A DNA stretch of 64,000 nt from an uncultured Candidatus Saccharibacteria bacterium (GTDB taxonomy: Bacteria > Patescibacteriota > Minisyncoccia > Phycocordibacterales > GWA1-40-21). A program made the translations under genes and the position numbers. Shown here in pieces: positions 28,631 to 38,570 of the stretch. The notes below the pieces were generated by a model that was not told where the DNA came from, ran no database searches, and saw only the letters and a list, made by a program, of their open reading frames with translations. How positions within the stretch are numbered: position 1 is the first letter of the stretch; the number at the start of each line of letters is the position of its first letter. The stretch is taken from positions 40,927 to 104,926 of the forward strand of contig CAZEMP010000003.1 in NCBI GenBank assembly GCA_964513515.1, in the 5' to 3' direction.

Positions 28631-29332
28631 ATGAAACCAGATTTTTTAGAGTTTGAAAAAAAAATAGGAATTACTTTTAAAAATAAAGATATTCTAAGAC
28701 AAGCATTTACGCACAGATCGTACCTCAATGAGCACAGAGATTCTGAGTTTGTGCACAATGAAAGATTAGAGTTTTTAGGAGATGCAGTTCTTGAACTTAT
28801 TGTTACAGAGCATCTTTATCATAAGTACCCAGATCATACAGAAGGAGAGCTAACCTCTTTTAGATCAGCTCTTGTTAATGCGATTACTCTTTCAGATGCT
28901 GCTTCAAAGATAGGTATAAATGATTATTTATTGCTTTCAAAGGGTGAATCCAAAGACACAGGACGAGCAAGACAAATAATCCTCGCCAATACTATCGAGG
29001 CTCTTATTGGTGCTATATTTCTTGATCAAGGATATGATACAGCAAAATACTTTATATCAAGAAATATTTTTAATCTTATAGAGAAGATTGTCGAGGAGAA
29101 GACTTGGCTTGATGCAAAGAGTAAGTTTCAAGAACAGGCACAAGATTATGAGAGTGTGACCCCACTTTACAAGACATTGAAAGAAGAAGGACCAGATCAT
29201 GATAAGCAATTTACAGTGGGTGTATATTTGGGTAAAAGTAAAATAGCTGAGGGTTCTGGTAAATCTAAACAAGAGGCAGAACAATCTGCGGCAGCAAATG
29301 CTTTGAATGTTAAGGGTTGGATGCTTAATTAG
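28631..29332 (+). CDS. rnc: ribonuclease III
   Basis: ERLEFLGDAVLEL RNase III signature plus C-terminal dsRBD. Confidence 0.9.
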   Translation: MKPDFLEFEKKIGITFKNKDILRQAFTHRSYLNEHRDSEFVHNERLEFLGDAVLELIVTEHLYHKYPDHTEGELTSFRSALVNAITLSDAASKIGINDYLLLSKGESKDTGRARQIILANTIEALIGAIFLDQGYDTAKYFISRNIFNLIEKIVEEKTWLDAKSKFQEQAQDYESVTPLYKTLKEEGPDHDKQFTVGVYLGKSKIAEGSGKSKQEAEQSAAANALNVKGWMLN

Positions 29333-29410
29333 AATTAAAATTACTTGTCCCGTTAGAAGTCTCATAAAATAAATTGTAGAAATAAAATATATTTAAAAAT
29401 AGGTATCAAT

Positions 29411-29764
29411 ATGAAAGAAAAATCAGATAATAAAAACTTTCTAACTGGGATGGAACAGGGTTCGGAAAGAAAACAAAGGCCAATACCAGAAGGATTAACA
29501 AAAGAAGAGATAGTGGTTTGGCATGAGGTCAATGAAATATTAGACAGATATGGCATTTCAATAAAAACACTTTCGACTGAAAAAATAGATGAAATGCTAA
29601 AGAAAAAATTTGATTTTAAAAAGGAATTGAAAGATAAAGGTATTGAGCCTCAAGAATATATATTATGGCATAGGGTTGTGGGAAGTACTTTACCAATAGC
29701 AGGAGTTACAAAGTTTGATACACTTAATCATGATATTGAGAATTTTGTAAGAACTCAATATTAA
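29411..29764 (+). CDS. hypothetical protein with internal duplication (EEIVVWHEV / QEYILWHRV)
   Basis: 117-aa ORF, no known motif. Confidence 0.4.
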   Translation: MKEKSDNKNFLTGMEQGSERKQRPIPEGLTKEEIVVWHEVNEILDRYGISIKTLSTEKIDEMLKKKFDFKKELKDKGIEPQEYILWHRVVGSTLPIAGVTKFDTLNHDIENFVRTQY

Positions 29765-29796
29765 TAACGGATAGAGATCACATTTTTATTACCAAC

Positions 29797-30102
29797 ATGG
29801 AAAAAGAAAAAGATATAATTTTATCGGCAGAACAAATAGAGCAGCAAGAAAAGCTCGATGATCTTTTTGTTTTGATAAAGGCCATTTCTAAAAGAGTCAG
29901 TTCAGATATTACAGGAGATTTTATGGAATTCCTAGATGATCATAAATTGAATCGTGAAGATTTTTATCTTGCAATGCTTTTTGTTGCAATTATTAGTGGT
30001 GGTAAATTACCCAATAAAGAGGATTACGAATCTATTGATACAAACGATGAAAAAATAGAAGCTCTGATTAGGGATTTGGCAAAAATTGAGCCAAATAAAT
30101 AA
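29797..30102 (+). CDS. hypothetical acidic protein
   Basis: 101-aa ORF followed by strong terminator. Confidence 0.4.
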   Translation: MEKEKDIILSAEQIEQQEKLDDLFVLIKAISKRVSSDITGDFMEFLDDHKLNREDFYLAMLFVAIISGGKLPNKEDYESIDTNDEKIEALIRDLAKIEPNK

Positions 30103-30115
30103 ACTTTTTTATCTT

Positions 30116-30152
30116 AAAAGGCGAGTTTCTGCAAAGCAGAAACTCGCCTTTT
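30116..30152 (+). terminator. rho-independent terminator
   Basis: aaaag-gcgagtttctgc-aaa-gcagaaactcgc-ctttt perfect hairpin. Confidence 0.8.
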
Positions 30153-30214
30153 AAAATAGGTATTAATTTGTTAAAATTAGTAAGAATTTAATAAATTATA
30201 ATTTAAACTACAGA

Positions 30215-32503
30215 ATGTATCTCAAGAGTATAGAAATATCAGGATTCAAGTCATTCGGAAAGAAATCAGTCCTCGATTTTAATGTACCTATATCTTCTAT
30301 TGTGGGTCCAAACGGTAGCGGTAAATCCAATGTTGCGGAGGCTTTTTCTTTTGTTCTTGGAGAGCAATCTATAAAGTCTTTAAGAGGTAAAAGAGCAGAA
30401 GATCTAATTTTTAATGGAGGAAAAGATGCACCTCGTTCAAATCGCGCTTCTGTAAAGCTCGTTTTTAATAATATACAAAGAATTCTTAATATAGACTTCG
30501 ATGAAGTTTCTATTGAACGTTCTGTGAATAGAGACTCTTCGAGCGAATATTCTATAAACGGAAGTGCTGTTCGTCTGAAAGATATCGTGGAGCTTCTTTC
30601 TTCTGCCCACATAGGCGCTTCTGGACACCAGATCATATCTCAAGGAGAGGCTGATAAAGTTTTGAATTCAAATATTCGTGAAAGAAGGGAAATGGTAGAA
30701 GATGCTTTGGGTTTAAAAATATTTCAAAATAAAAAAGATGAGAGTGTTCGTAAGCTCGAAAAAACAGAAGAAAATATTAAACAAGTAGAATCTTTAAGAC
30801 GAGAGATCGCGCCTCATATTCGTTTTCTTCAAAAACAAGTAGAGAAAATAGAAAAGATGCATCAGATGAAAGACGATCTTACACAAATGTATCACGACTA
30901 TTTTAGACGTGAGGAAGAATATATCAAATTTGAAAAGCAAAATATATTTAGAGATAAAAACCCTCTTATTGAAGGAAATCAAAATCTAGAAAAAGAACTT
31001 TCTTCAGCAAAGCAAGTATTGGCTAAATCTTCTTCAAAAGATTCAAGATCTGATGAAGTGGTAAAAGTAGAGGCACGATTAAAGGAGGCTCGTAGTTTGA
31101 AAGATACTATCTCAAGAAATATTGGTCGAATAGAAGGAGAAATTTCTTCACTTTTACGTTTGATTAAGAAACAAAATGAAGCAAGCAGGGCAATGTCAGC
31201 AAAGACGGTGGATTTGTCCGCTGTGGAAAATATTGCCAAGCAAATAGATCTTGAGATCAATGATGTAGAAAATATTTCTGATTTTTCAAAAGTAAAAGAG
31301 ATTTTCTTTTCAATAAAAAAGATACTTCGCGATTTTATTGAAAAAAATAGGGAAAATGAAGACAAACAAGCAACACTCGATCTTGAAAATGAAATCAAAA
31401 AACTTGAAGTTGAAAAGAAAAATCATGAAATAAAGTTAAAAGAAGCAGACAATCTTGAGACTGAGCTTTCAGAACAATATTCATTTTTGAAAAGTGATAT
31501 TGAAAAAGAGAAAGATTCAAATAGAGATGCTGAAAAATCCCTGTTTAGAATAGTGGCAGAACAAAATGAAATTAGAGGCAAATTAAACATAATCGAGAGT
31601 AGGGAATCAAGACTTAAGCATGATGAAGAAGAATTACAGAGAGAATTGCAGGAAGCTAGTATTCTTGTGGGAATTTCTGCACTTAGATACAAAGATTTCT
31701 GGCCTATGGACGCTGAAGGCAAGACTTTGGGTGTGGAGCAAATTGTAAATGAGCCAAGACAAGTTCAGGAAGATAAAAAGCGAGCAATGGAGAAAATAAA
31801 GATTCGCTTAGAAGATGCCGGTGTCTCTGGCGGAGATGATGTTGTAAAAGAGTTTAAAGAAACAACAGAAAGAGACATGTTTCTTGAAAGAGAGCTCGAG
31901 GATCTTATTAAGTCAAAGGAATCTTTGAAGAATTTAATAAAAGAATTAGAAGAAAAACTTACTACAGAATTTAGGAATGGTGTGACCAAGATAAATGTTC
32001 AATTTCAGCAATTTTTTACTGCAATGTTTGGCGGAGGTTCAGCTTCACTATCTCTTGTAAAAGAAAAGAAGAAAAAGAAATCCGATACTGACATCTCCGC
32101 TATAACTGAGATGGATGGAGAAGAGATTCAAGAGGAAGAGGAAGCTGAAGAAGGTCTTGATATTGAAGTCTCCTTACCAAAAAAGAAAATCAAAGGTTTG
32201 ATGATGCTTTCAGGAGGCGAGAGAGCCCTTACCTCTATTGCACTTCTATTTGCAATTTCACAGGTAAATCCTCCACCATTTATTATTCTTGATGAGACTG
32301 ATGCTGCGCTTGATGAGGCAAACTCCAAGAGATATGGAGACATGATTACCGAACTTTCAAAGTATTCTCAATTAATTTTAATTACCCACAATAGAGAAAC
32401 TATGTCTCGTGCCGGAGTAATATATGGAGTGACAATGGGTATGGATGGGGTATCAAGACTTCTCTCAATTCAGTTTGATGAGGCAGTGCAAGTAGCAAAA
32501 TAG
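30215..32503 (+). CDS. smc: SMC-family chromosome-partition ATPase, short form (762 aa, hinge apparently reduced)
   Basis: N-terminal Walker A GPNGSGKSN, long coiled coils, C-terminal LSGGERALTSIALLFA signature and ILDETDAALD Walker B. Confidence 0.7.
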   Translation: MYLKSIEISGFKSFGKKSVLDFNVPISSIVGPNGSGKSNVAEAFSFVLGEQSIKSLRGKRAEDLIFNGGKDAPRSNRASVKLVFNNIQRILNIDFDEVSIERSVNRDSSSEYSINGSAVRLKDIVELLSSAHIGASGHQIISQGEADKVLNSNIRERREMVEDALGLKIFQNKKDESVRKLEKTEENIKQVESLRREIAPHIRFLQKQVEKIEKMHQMKDDLTQMYHDYFRREEEYIKFEKQNIFRDKNPLIEGNQNLEKELSSAKQVLAKSSSKDSRSDEVVKVEARLKEARSLKDTISRNIGRIEGEISSLLRLIKKQNEASRAMSAKTVDLSAVENIAKQIDLEINDVENISDFSKVKEIFFSIKKILRDFIEKNRENEDKQATLDLENEIKKLEVEKKNHEIKLKEADNLETELSEQYSFLKSDIEKEKDSNRDAEKSLFRIVAEQNEIRGKLNIIESRESRLKHDEEELQRELQEASILVGISALRYKDFWPMDAEGKTLGVEQIVNEPRQVQEDKKRAMEKIKIRLEDAGVSGGDDVVKEFKETTERDMFLERELEDLIKSKESLKNLIKELEEKLTTEFRNGVTKINVQFQQFFTAMFGGGSASLSLVKEKKKKKSDTDISAITEMDGEEIQEEEEAEEGLDIEVSLPKKKIKGLMMLSGGERALTSIALLFAISQVNPPPFIILDETDAALDEANSKRYGDMITELSKYSQLILITHNRETMSRAGVIYGVTMGMDGVSRLLSIQFDEAVQVAK

Positions 32504-32540
32504 TATAAGGAGCTAGTATAAGTATAAGAAAATATAAAAG

Positions 32541-32569
32541 GGCCACTTGGAAGCCTTGCTTCCAAGTGG
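32541..32569. terminator. hairpin terminator
   Basis: gccacttggaag-ccttg-cttccaagtggc followed by tttgtgtcttt. Confidence 0.65.
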
Positions 32570-32573
32570 CTTT

Positions 32574-32610
32574 GTGTCTTTGCGAGGAGTAGAGCGACGT
32601 GGCAATCCAG
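32574..32610. repeat. solo arm of palindromic element family
   Basis: tgtctttgcgaggagtagagcgacgtggcaatccagg matches left arms of copies C/E; no right arm. Confidence 0.55.
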
Positions 32611-32701
32611 GTTTAGTTTAATTGTTGAGTGGAGTCAATCTATTTTATAAAAATGAAATGGGCTCCACGTAAACAAACGCGGAGCCCATTTTCACTCGGT
32701 G

Positions 32702-32911
32702 TTAGAGCGAGTGTTCTTTCTTTGCCTCGTCGGTAAGGATCCAACCCTTTCTCCTCAAGGACTGAAGGAGCTTGCGATCCTCCGAAATGTGACCTTCAAG
32801 GACCATCACATTTTTCTTCGGGTTATATCCCTCAAGCTCACATTCGACCTTTCTCTCGAGTACAACGTACTCTTTGAGAAGTGACGCGAGCATTTTAGGA
32901 GTCAGCTTCAT
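32702..32911 (-). CDS. hypothetical 69-aa protein in GC-elevated patch (SD-dependent start)
   Basis: ATG (MKLTPKML) preceded by AAGGAG 6 nt upstream; ORF-track version starts at TTG 32974; local GC about 47% vs about 31% background; downstream hairpin 32653-32690. Confidence 0.45.
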   Translation of the reverse strand: MKLTPKMLASLLKEYVVLERKVECELEGYNPKKNVMVLEGHISEDRKLLQSLRRKGWILTDEAKKEHSL

Positions 32912-33122
32912 CTGGAACTCCTTTTTACATAGAATCGGAGTGGGAGCGTTTCCGTAGATTGCTTCTCCCAACAATCTAGCTTTTACGTTTATCTTTATGA
33001 TAAATCTCTCCTTGTTTAATCTGGCAAATTTTTCAAAACGAGAACGACTAAAACAAAGTTAGCATATCTGAAAGTACTATTCAAATATTCTCGTATTTCC
33101 TAATAAGCTAAAAAGCTACAAG

Positions 33123-35114
33123 TTACTCTACTATTTGGTAATCCATCTGTCTTTTGTCCAAATCTGCAGATACCAATTTTATTTTTATTTTTTGCCCAAG
33201 CGAGTACACTTTTTTTGTTTTTTCTCCAATGAGTGAATATGTCTTTGCATCAAGTTTATAGAAGTCATCTCCGAGTGATGAAAGTTTTATCATACCTTCT
33301 GCTCTTGTTTCTGAATCTTCCGCATATATACCCCATTCAGTCACACCGGTGATGAGGCCATCAAAGGTTTTTCCAACTTTATCGAGCATATATTCTATCT
33401 GTTTGTATTTTTTACTATCTCGCTCTGCTTCTGAAGCTTTTATTTCTCTATCTGTGCTATGTGAGCAAGCTTTTTCATAAAATACTAAATTCTTTTCCGC
33501 AATATTTTCTTTACTTAGTATTTTTTGCAATATTCTGTGTACCAAAAGATCAGGATATCTTCTAATGGGCGAAGTGAAGTGTGCATAATATTCAAATGCT
33601 AGTCCAAAGTGTCCAATATTTTTTGTTGAATATATAGCTTTTGACATAGAACGGATAGCAGCTGTTTTCACCAGAGCTTCTTCGGCTTTTCCTTCCACTT
33701 GAGCAAAGAGAGCCTGCATATCCTTTCCGGTAACACTGCCAGTTTTTCCAATAACGAGCTCATGTCCTAATGCTTTCACAAACACCGCAAGTTCACTGAT
33801 CTTGTCTTTATCAGGAAAGTCATGTGTACGATATGGAAGAGGGAAGAGTTTGCCAGATTTTTTCTCAAATTTATACACATATTCAGCTACCTCTTTATTT
33901 GCAAGAAGCATGTATTCCTCGACAAGCTTATGAGTATCAAGTCTTTGTTTTTTGTATATTTTTATCGGTTTACCTTTTGAGTCTAATTCAAAAGCAACTT
34001 CTTCTTGTTCAAAATCTATAGCGCCTTTTTGGAATTTTTCTTTTCTAAAAAGCTTTGCGAGTTTGTTTAGGGTATTGAGCTCCTCGAAGTATTGACCAGA
34101 CTTTGCATCAAGCACTTCTTGTGCATTTTCATACGTAAATCTTTTTGCAGATTTAATAACAGATTTTCCAAACCATCTTGAATGAATCTTGGCTTTAGGA
34201 TCGATCTCAAAAATAGCGGAAAAGGCAAGTTTTTCATCTCCCTCACTCAAGCTACAAAGATTGTCAGAAAGCTCAAACGGAAGCATAGGAATAGTTCTGT
34301 CTGGAAGATACACAGAACAACCTCGCTCATAAGCTTCTTTATCGAGCTCACTTTTTTCCGTTACATAGTGAGATACATCTGCAATGTGAACTCCTATTTC
34401 ATAGTTTCCGTTTACCAATTTTTTGAAAGAAATTGCGTCATCGAAGTCCTTTGCTGTTTTTGGATCTATAGTAAAAGTAAGAGTATTTCTTAAATCTTTT
34501 CTTTTGGCGATTTCTTCTTGTGATATTTTTCTATTATGCTCAAAAACATTTTTAGACTCCTCCAATACCTTTTCAGGAAACTCAATATCAAAACCTTTAT
34601 CTATAGCAATAGAATTCATCTCAGTAGAGTTATCTCCCTTTTTTCCAAGAATATTTACAATTTCTCCTTCCGAATATCCAGGGTACGCAGTCCACTTCGT
34701 GATTTTTACTCTAACTTTATCTTCATTTTTTAATGAACCAGCTTTCTCTTTTGGTATTTTTACAGAAATTTTTACTCTTCTGTCATCAGGTATTATAATC
34801 GTACCTTTTTCAGTCACAGAAACTACACCCACAAAATAATTTTTTGCTCTAGTTATTATTTTTGCTACTTCAGCCTCATGAACACCAGATTTATTTTTTT
34901 TGAAAAGCTTTACTTCTACCTTGTCTCCAGCCATAGCTGTGGCTAGCTGTCTGGTAGGTATTTCAGCTGAAATATTATCTGTATCGGATATGAAATAGGC
35001 TATATATCCTCTTATAGCCTTTATTTTTCCTTTGATAATCTTAACTTTATGACCATTAGCCGGTTTTATGCTATTTCTCGTATCTTTTTTCCAGAATTTC
35101 TTATTTTTTTCCAT
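33123..35114 (-). CDS. rnr: ribonuclease R (RNB-family 3'-5' exoribonuclease)
   Basis: RNB motif HFGLAFEYYAHFTSPIRRYPDLLVHR, N-terminal CSD-like, C-terminal S1 domain. Confidence 0.85.
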   Translation of the reverse strand: MEKNKKFWKKDTRNSIKPANGHKVKIIKGKIKAIRGYIAYFISDTDNISAEIPTRQLATAMAGDKVEVKLFKKNKSGVHEAEVAKIITRAKNYFVGVVSVTEKGTIIIPDDRRVKISVKIPKEKAGSLKNEDKVRVKITKWTAYPGYSEGEIVNILGKKGDNSTEMNSIAIDKGFDIEFPEKVLEESKNVFEHNRKISQEEIAKRKDLRNTLTFTIDPKTAKDFDDAISFKKLVNGNYEIGVHIADVSHYVTEKSELDKEAYERGCSVYLPDRTIPMLPFELSDNLCSLSEGDEKLAFSAIFEIDPKAKIHSRWFGKSVIKSAKRFTYENAQEVLDAKSGQYFEELNTLNKLAKLFRKEKFQKGAIDFEQEEVAFELDSKGKPIKIYKKQRLDTHKLVEEYMLLANKEVAEYVYKFEKKSGKLFPLPYRTHDFPDKDKISELAVFVKALGHELVIGKTGSVTGKDMQALFAQVEGKAEEALVKTAAIRSMSKAIYSTKNIGHFGLAFEYYAHFTSPIRRYPDLLVHRILQKILSKENIAEKNLVFYEKACSHSTDREIKASEAERDSKKYKQIEYMLDKVGKTFDGLITGVTEWGIYAEDSETRAEGMIKLSSLGDDFYKLDAKTYSLIGEKTKKVYSLGQKIKIKLVSADLDKRQMDYQIVE

Positions 35115-35205
35115 TTGTATTAGTATCGTAGCAAGAAACAGTTAGTTTGTACATTTTTCTATTTTTGACTTGCAAACCTTACGCTTTCTTGTTAGGATTT
35201 GCTCC

Positions 35206-35604
35206 ATGTTAATAATCAGATTACAAAGAGTTGGAAGAGCACATGAACCAAGTTTTCGTATTGTACTTACAGATTCAAAATTTGGACCAAAGTCTGGTAA
35301 GGCCGTTGAAGTCCTTGGTTCTTACGACGCAAGAAAAGGAAAAGGTAACAATCATGTAGACGGTGAAAAAGTAAAATATTGGATTTCAAAAGGAGCTCAA
35401 GTTTCAGATACTGTCCACAATTTCCTTGTAGATCAAAAAGTTCTTACAGGAAAGAAAATAAATGTACTACCAAAGAACAAAATATTAAACGCAAAGAAAG
35501 CTAAAGAAGACGCCGCAAAAGCAGAGGAGGCTGCAAAAGCTCCAAAGCCAGCCCCAGAACCAGTGGCAGAAGCCCCTAAAGCAGAAGAGGCACCGGTGGC
35601 ATAA
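35206..35604 (+). CDS. rpsP: 30S ribosomal protein S16 with K/A/E-rich C-terminal tail
   Basis: MLIIRLQRVGRAHEPSFRIVLTDSK S16 N-terminus; ORF-track TTG start at 35170 rejected for ATG 35206. Confidence 0.85.
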   Translation: MLIIRLQRVGRAHEPSFRIVLTDSKFGPKSGKAVEVLGSYDARKGKGNNHVDGEKVKYWISKGAQVSDTVHNFLVDQKVLTGKKINVLPKNKILNAKKAKEDAAKAEEAAKAPKPAPEPVAEAPKAEEAPVA

Positions 35605-35747
35605 ACAAAGAAAAAAACAAAAAACTTCCTAAAGGAAGTTTTTTGTTTGCCAACAATTTTTAATATGATAAACTTTGAGCAGGCAGTATTTTATCATTTA
35701 CCGGTCGAACTGCTACGAATATCAAAATCAGAATTACAATTATAAAC

Positions 35748-36086
35748 ATGCAAGAAAACGACACAAAATTCTTAGAACTCGTTATTAAGTCTTTGGTTGA
35801 TGCCCCAGAAAAGGTAAAGATCACAAGAACTGTAGATGAGATGGGTGTATTACTAACTCTTGTTGTAGACAATGCCGATATGGGCAAAGTCATCGGAAGA
35901 TCAGGTAATACAGCAAAAGCTATAAGAACACTTCTAAGAGTTGTTGGAATGAAAAACAATTCAAGAGTTAATTTGAAGATCAATGAACCAGAAGGAGCAG
36001 AACCAAGAGCTCCAAGAATGGCCACTCTTTCAAAGGAACCTGTTCAGAAAACAGTAGACGAAGCGATGGCAGATTTGAAATTATAA
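35748..36086 (+). CDS. KH-domain RNA-binding protein (KhpA/YlqC-like)
   Basis: VIGRSGNTAKAIRTLL KH GxxG motif; position between rpsP and trmD as in conserved operon. Confidence 0.7.
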   Translation: MQENDTKFLELVIKSLVDAPEKVKITRTVDEMGVLLTLVVDNADMGKVIGRSGNTAKAIRTLLRVVGMKNNSRVNLKINEPEGAEPRAPRMATLSKEPVQKTVDEAMADLKL

Positions 36087-36097
36087 TTTCAAAAATA

Positions 36098-36126
36098 TAA
36101 AAGCGCGCCCTCTGGGCGCGCTTTTA
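36098..36126 (+). terminator. hairpin terminator
   Basis: aaaagcgcgccc-tct-gggcgcgctttt. Confidence 0.7.
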
Positions 36127-36171
36127 TATTGATTGTATTTTAAGGTTTTTTATTGTATTTTGAAGCTGTAT

Positions 36172-36840
36172 ATGAATTTCCACATAATCACATTATTTCC
36201 TGATGCGTTCACCTCATATCTCAATGAGTCTATTTTGGCAAGAGCGATAAAAGAAAAGAAAATTAAAGTTTCTTTTTATAATCCTCGTGACTTTGCGAAG
36301 GTTACAAAAGCTCAAAAATCAAAAGATAAGCCATATAAAAGGGTAGATGATATTCCATACGGTGGTGGACCAGGTATGGTAATGCAAGCAGAGCCGGTAC
36401 TTAGGGCTATAGAAAAAGCTCTTAAAAAATCAAAGAAAGGTAAAACTAAAATAATTTTCCTTACACCAAAAGGAAAACAATTTGATACAGAATATGCAAA
36501 AAACTCAGCAAAAAAATATACAGATATAATAATTATTTCTGGTAGATATGAAGGAATAGATGAGAGAGTCAATAAAATATTCAAGACGGACAAAATTTCC
36601 GTAGGAAATTTTGTTCTAACAGGCGGAGAGCTTCCTTCAATGATAATTATGGATTCTGTATCACGTCAGATAAATGGAGTACTAGGAAACAAAGCTTCAC
36701 TTGAAGAGGAAAGAGTTTCAAGCTCTGAAGTATATACGAGACCAGAAGTTTTAGAATATAAAGGTAAAAAATATAGAGTACCCAAAGTATTACTTTCAGG
36801 AAATCATAAACTGATAGATGAATGGAGAAAAAGTAAATAG
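36172..36840 (+). CDS. trmD: tRNA (guanine37-N1)-methyltransferase
   Basis: MNFHIITLFPDAF start, SPOUT-fold GGELPSMIIMDSVSRQ motif. Confidence 0.9.
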   Translation: MNFHIITLFPDAFTSYLNESILARAIKEKKIKVSFYNPRDFAKVTKAQKSKDKPYKRVDDIPYGGGPGMVMQAEPVLRAIEKALKKSKKGKTKIIFLTPKGKQFDTEYAKNSAKKYTDIIIISGRYEGIDERVNKIFKTDKISVGNFVLTGGELPSMIIMDSVSRQINGVLGNKASLEEERVSSSEVYTRPEVLEYKGKKYRVPKVLLSGNHKLIDEWRKSK

Positions 36841-36863
36841 AAAATGATATAATCATTTTCACC

Positions 36864-38534
36864 ATGACTCAAAAAGATGCACTCGACATATTGAAGATGG
36901 GATACAACTGTTACATCACAGGTGCAGCAGGTTCTGGTAAAACACATCTACTAAATGAATATATAAAATTCCTTAAAAATAAAGGAGTTGAAGCCGGTAT
37001 TACAGCATCTACCGGTATTGCAGCGACTCATATGGGCGGTACGACTATTCATTCTTGGAGCGGGCTTGGTATTCGTGATGAGCTTACAGAATACGATCTT
37101 GAAGATCTAGAAAGTAAAAAATATCTCCATGATAGATTTAAAAATACCGATGTCCTCATCATAGACGAGGTTTCAATGCTCCATCATTTTCGTCTGGACT
37201 TAATAGAGAAAATCGCAAGACATTTAAAAAGGAACCAACTTCCGTTTGGTGGCATGCAAGTTATTCTTTGCGGAGATTTTTTCCAGCTTCCACCAGTATC
37301 AAGAATGGGCGAAAGAGAAGCACTTTTTTCTTATAAATCAGAAATTTGGAAAAATCTCAATTTGAAAATCTGTTATTTGGAGGAGCAATATAGACATAAG
37401 GATAATATTTTCATAAAAATTCTCAACGGCATACGCGGGAACAATATGAGTGAAGAATCTTTATCTCATCTAAGAGGAAGACATAATGCAAAATTAAAAG
37501 AAGGATTGGAACCAACAAAACTCCATACTCATAATATAAATGTTGATACTATAAACGATGGAGAATTAAACAGTCTTCCTGGTCAGATTTTTACATATCA
37601 GATGGAAGATAAAGGAAGAAAGGCCCTTGTAGATGCACTGAAAAAAAGCTGTCTTGCACCCGAATTATTGCGTTTAAAAGTTGGTGCAAGGGTGATGTTT
37701 GTTAAAAATAATTTTGATGGGGGCTATGCAAATGGAACTCTTGGAAAGATAATAGAATGTTCAAATTATGGCCCCAAAGTATTGCTTACTTCGGGGAAAA
37801 TAATTATTCCAGAAAAAGTCTCTTGGGTTATAGAAGAAGATGGAAAAGTAAAAGCCACTATCACTCAATATCCGCTTCGTTTGGCTTGGGCCATCACTGT
37901 ACATAAAAGCCAAGGAATGAGCTTAGATGCAGTTGAGGTAGATCTTTCAAAATCTTTTGAAAAGGGAATGGGTTACGTTGCTCTTTCTCGTGTAAGGACA
38001 CTAGACGGACTCAGACTTATCGGTATGAACAAGAACGCCTTAGAAGTGAGCGAAGATATTATGTTGTATGATGAGGATCTTAAAGAAATGTCTGATCAAG
38101 ACAAATCCTGGCTATATTCCATGTCTGATACTGAAATAAAGAAAAAACAAGAAGAGTTTTTGAAGAAAGTTGCACCGCCCGAAGGTACAAAAATTGATAA
38201 AAAGAAAAAAAGTAGAATTTCACCAATTGAGGAAACAAAAAATATGCTCAAGCAAGAAATGGGGCTAAAGGAAATGTTGGAAATAAAAGGTGTAAAAATT
38301 GGAACACTACTTGATCATATAGAGAAGATTATTGTAGATGAACCAGATTTTAATATTGCTCATTTGAAAAAGGAAGTGCCAACTGGAAAATATAAAAAAA
38401 TATGGATGGTATTTCGTGAACTTTATGGAGAGAATCGTGATTTTCTGCTTTCTCCAATAAAAAATAAGCTTGGATCAGCTTATACATATGAGGAGCTAAG
38501 AATTGTAAGACTTTTTGTGAAGAGAAATCTTTGA
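36864..38534 (+). CDS. Pif1/RecD-family ATP-dependent DNA helicase with C-terminal extension
   Basis: Walker A GAAGSGKTH, motif ILCGDFFQLPPV, LAWAITVHKSQGMSLD; about 120-aa uncharacterised C-terminal tail. Confidence 0.75.
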   Translation: MTQKDALDILKMGYNCYITGAAGSGKTHLLNEYIKFLKNKGVEAGITASTGIAATHMGGTTIHSWSGLGIRDELTEYDLEDLESKKYLHDRFKNTDVLIIDEVSMLHHFRLDLIEKIARHLKRNQLPFGGMQVILCGDFFQLPPVSRMGEREALFSYKSEIWKNLNLKICYLEEQYRHKDNIFIKILNGIRGNNMSEESLSHLRGRHNAKLKEGLEPTKLHTHNINVDTINDGELNSLPGQIFTYQMEDKGRKALVDALKKSCLAPELLRLKVGARVMFVKNNFDGGYANGTLGKIIECSNYGPKVLLTSGKIIIPEKVSWVIEEDGKVKATITQYPLRLAWAITVHKSQGMSLDAVEVDLSKSFEKGMGYVALSRVRTLDGLRLIGMNKNALEVSEDIMLYDEDLKEMSDQDKSWLYSMSDTEIKKKQEEFLKKVAPPEGTKIDKKKKSRISPIEETKNMLKQEMGLKEMLEIKGVKIGTLLDHIEKIIVDEPDFNIAHLKKEVPTGKYKKIWMVFRELYGENRDFLLSPIKNKLGSAYTYEELRIVRLFVKRNL

Positions 38535-38570
38535 AATTATCTGTTATAATATTCCTATATGGAACAAGTG
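38490..38570. repeat. about 80-bp unit U (3' end of Pif1 CDS + -10/leaderless start region), intact copy
   Basis: gagctaagaattgtaagactttttgtgaagagaaatctttgaaattatctgttataatattcctatatggaacaag; second split copy at 40484-40520 + 40956-40993. Confidence 0.7.

Noticed and set aside
35170-35205. TTG-initiated N-terminal extension of rpsP and similar extensions (20301 sortase, 27268 rpmF, 32974 TTG, 59788, 56 rpe, 1064 fba)
   Set aside because: The extensions run into intergenic or repeat sequence and lack homology. The conserved protein N-termini begin at internal ATGs.
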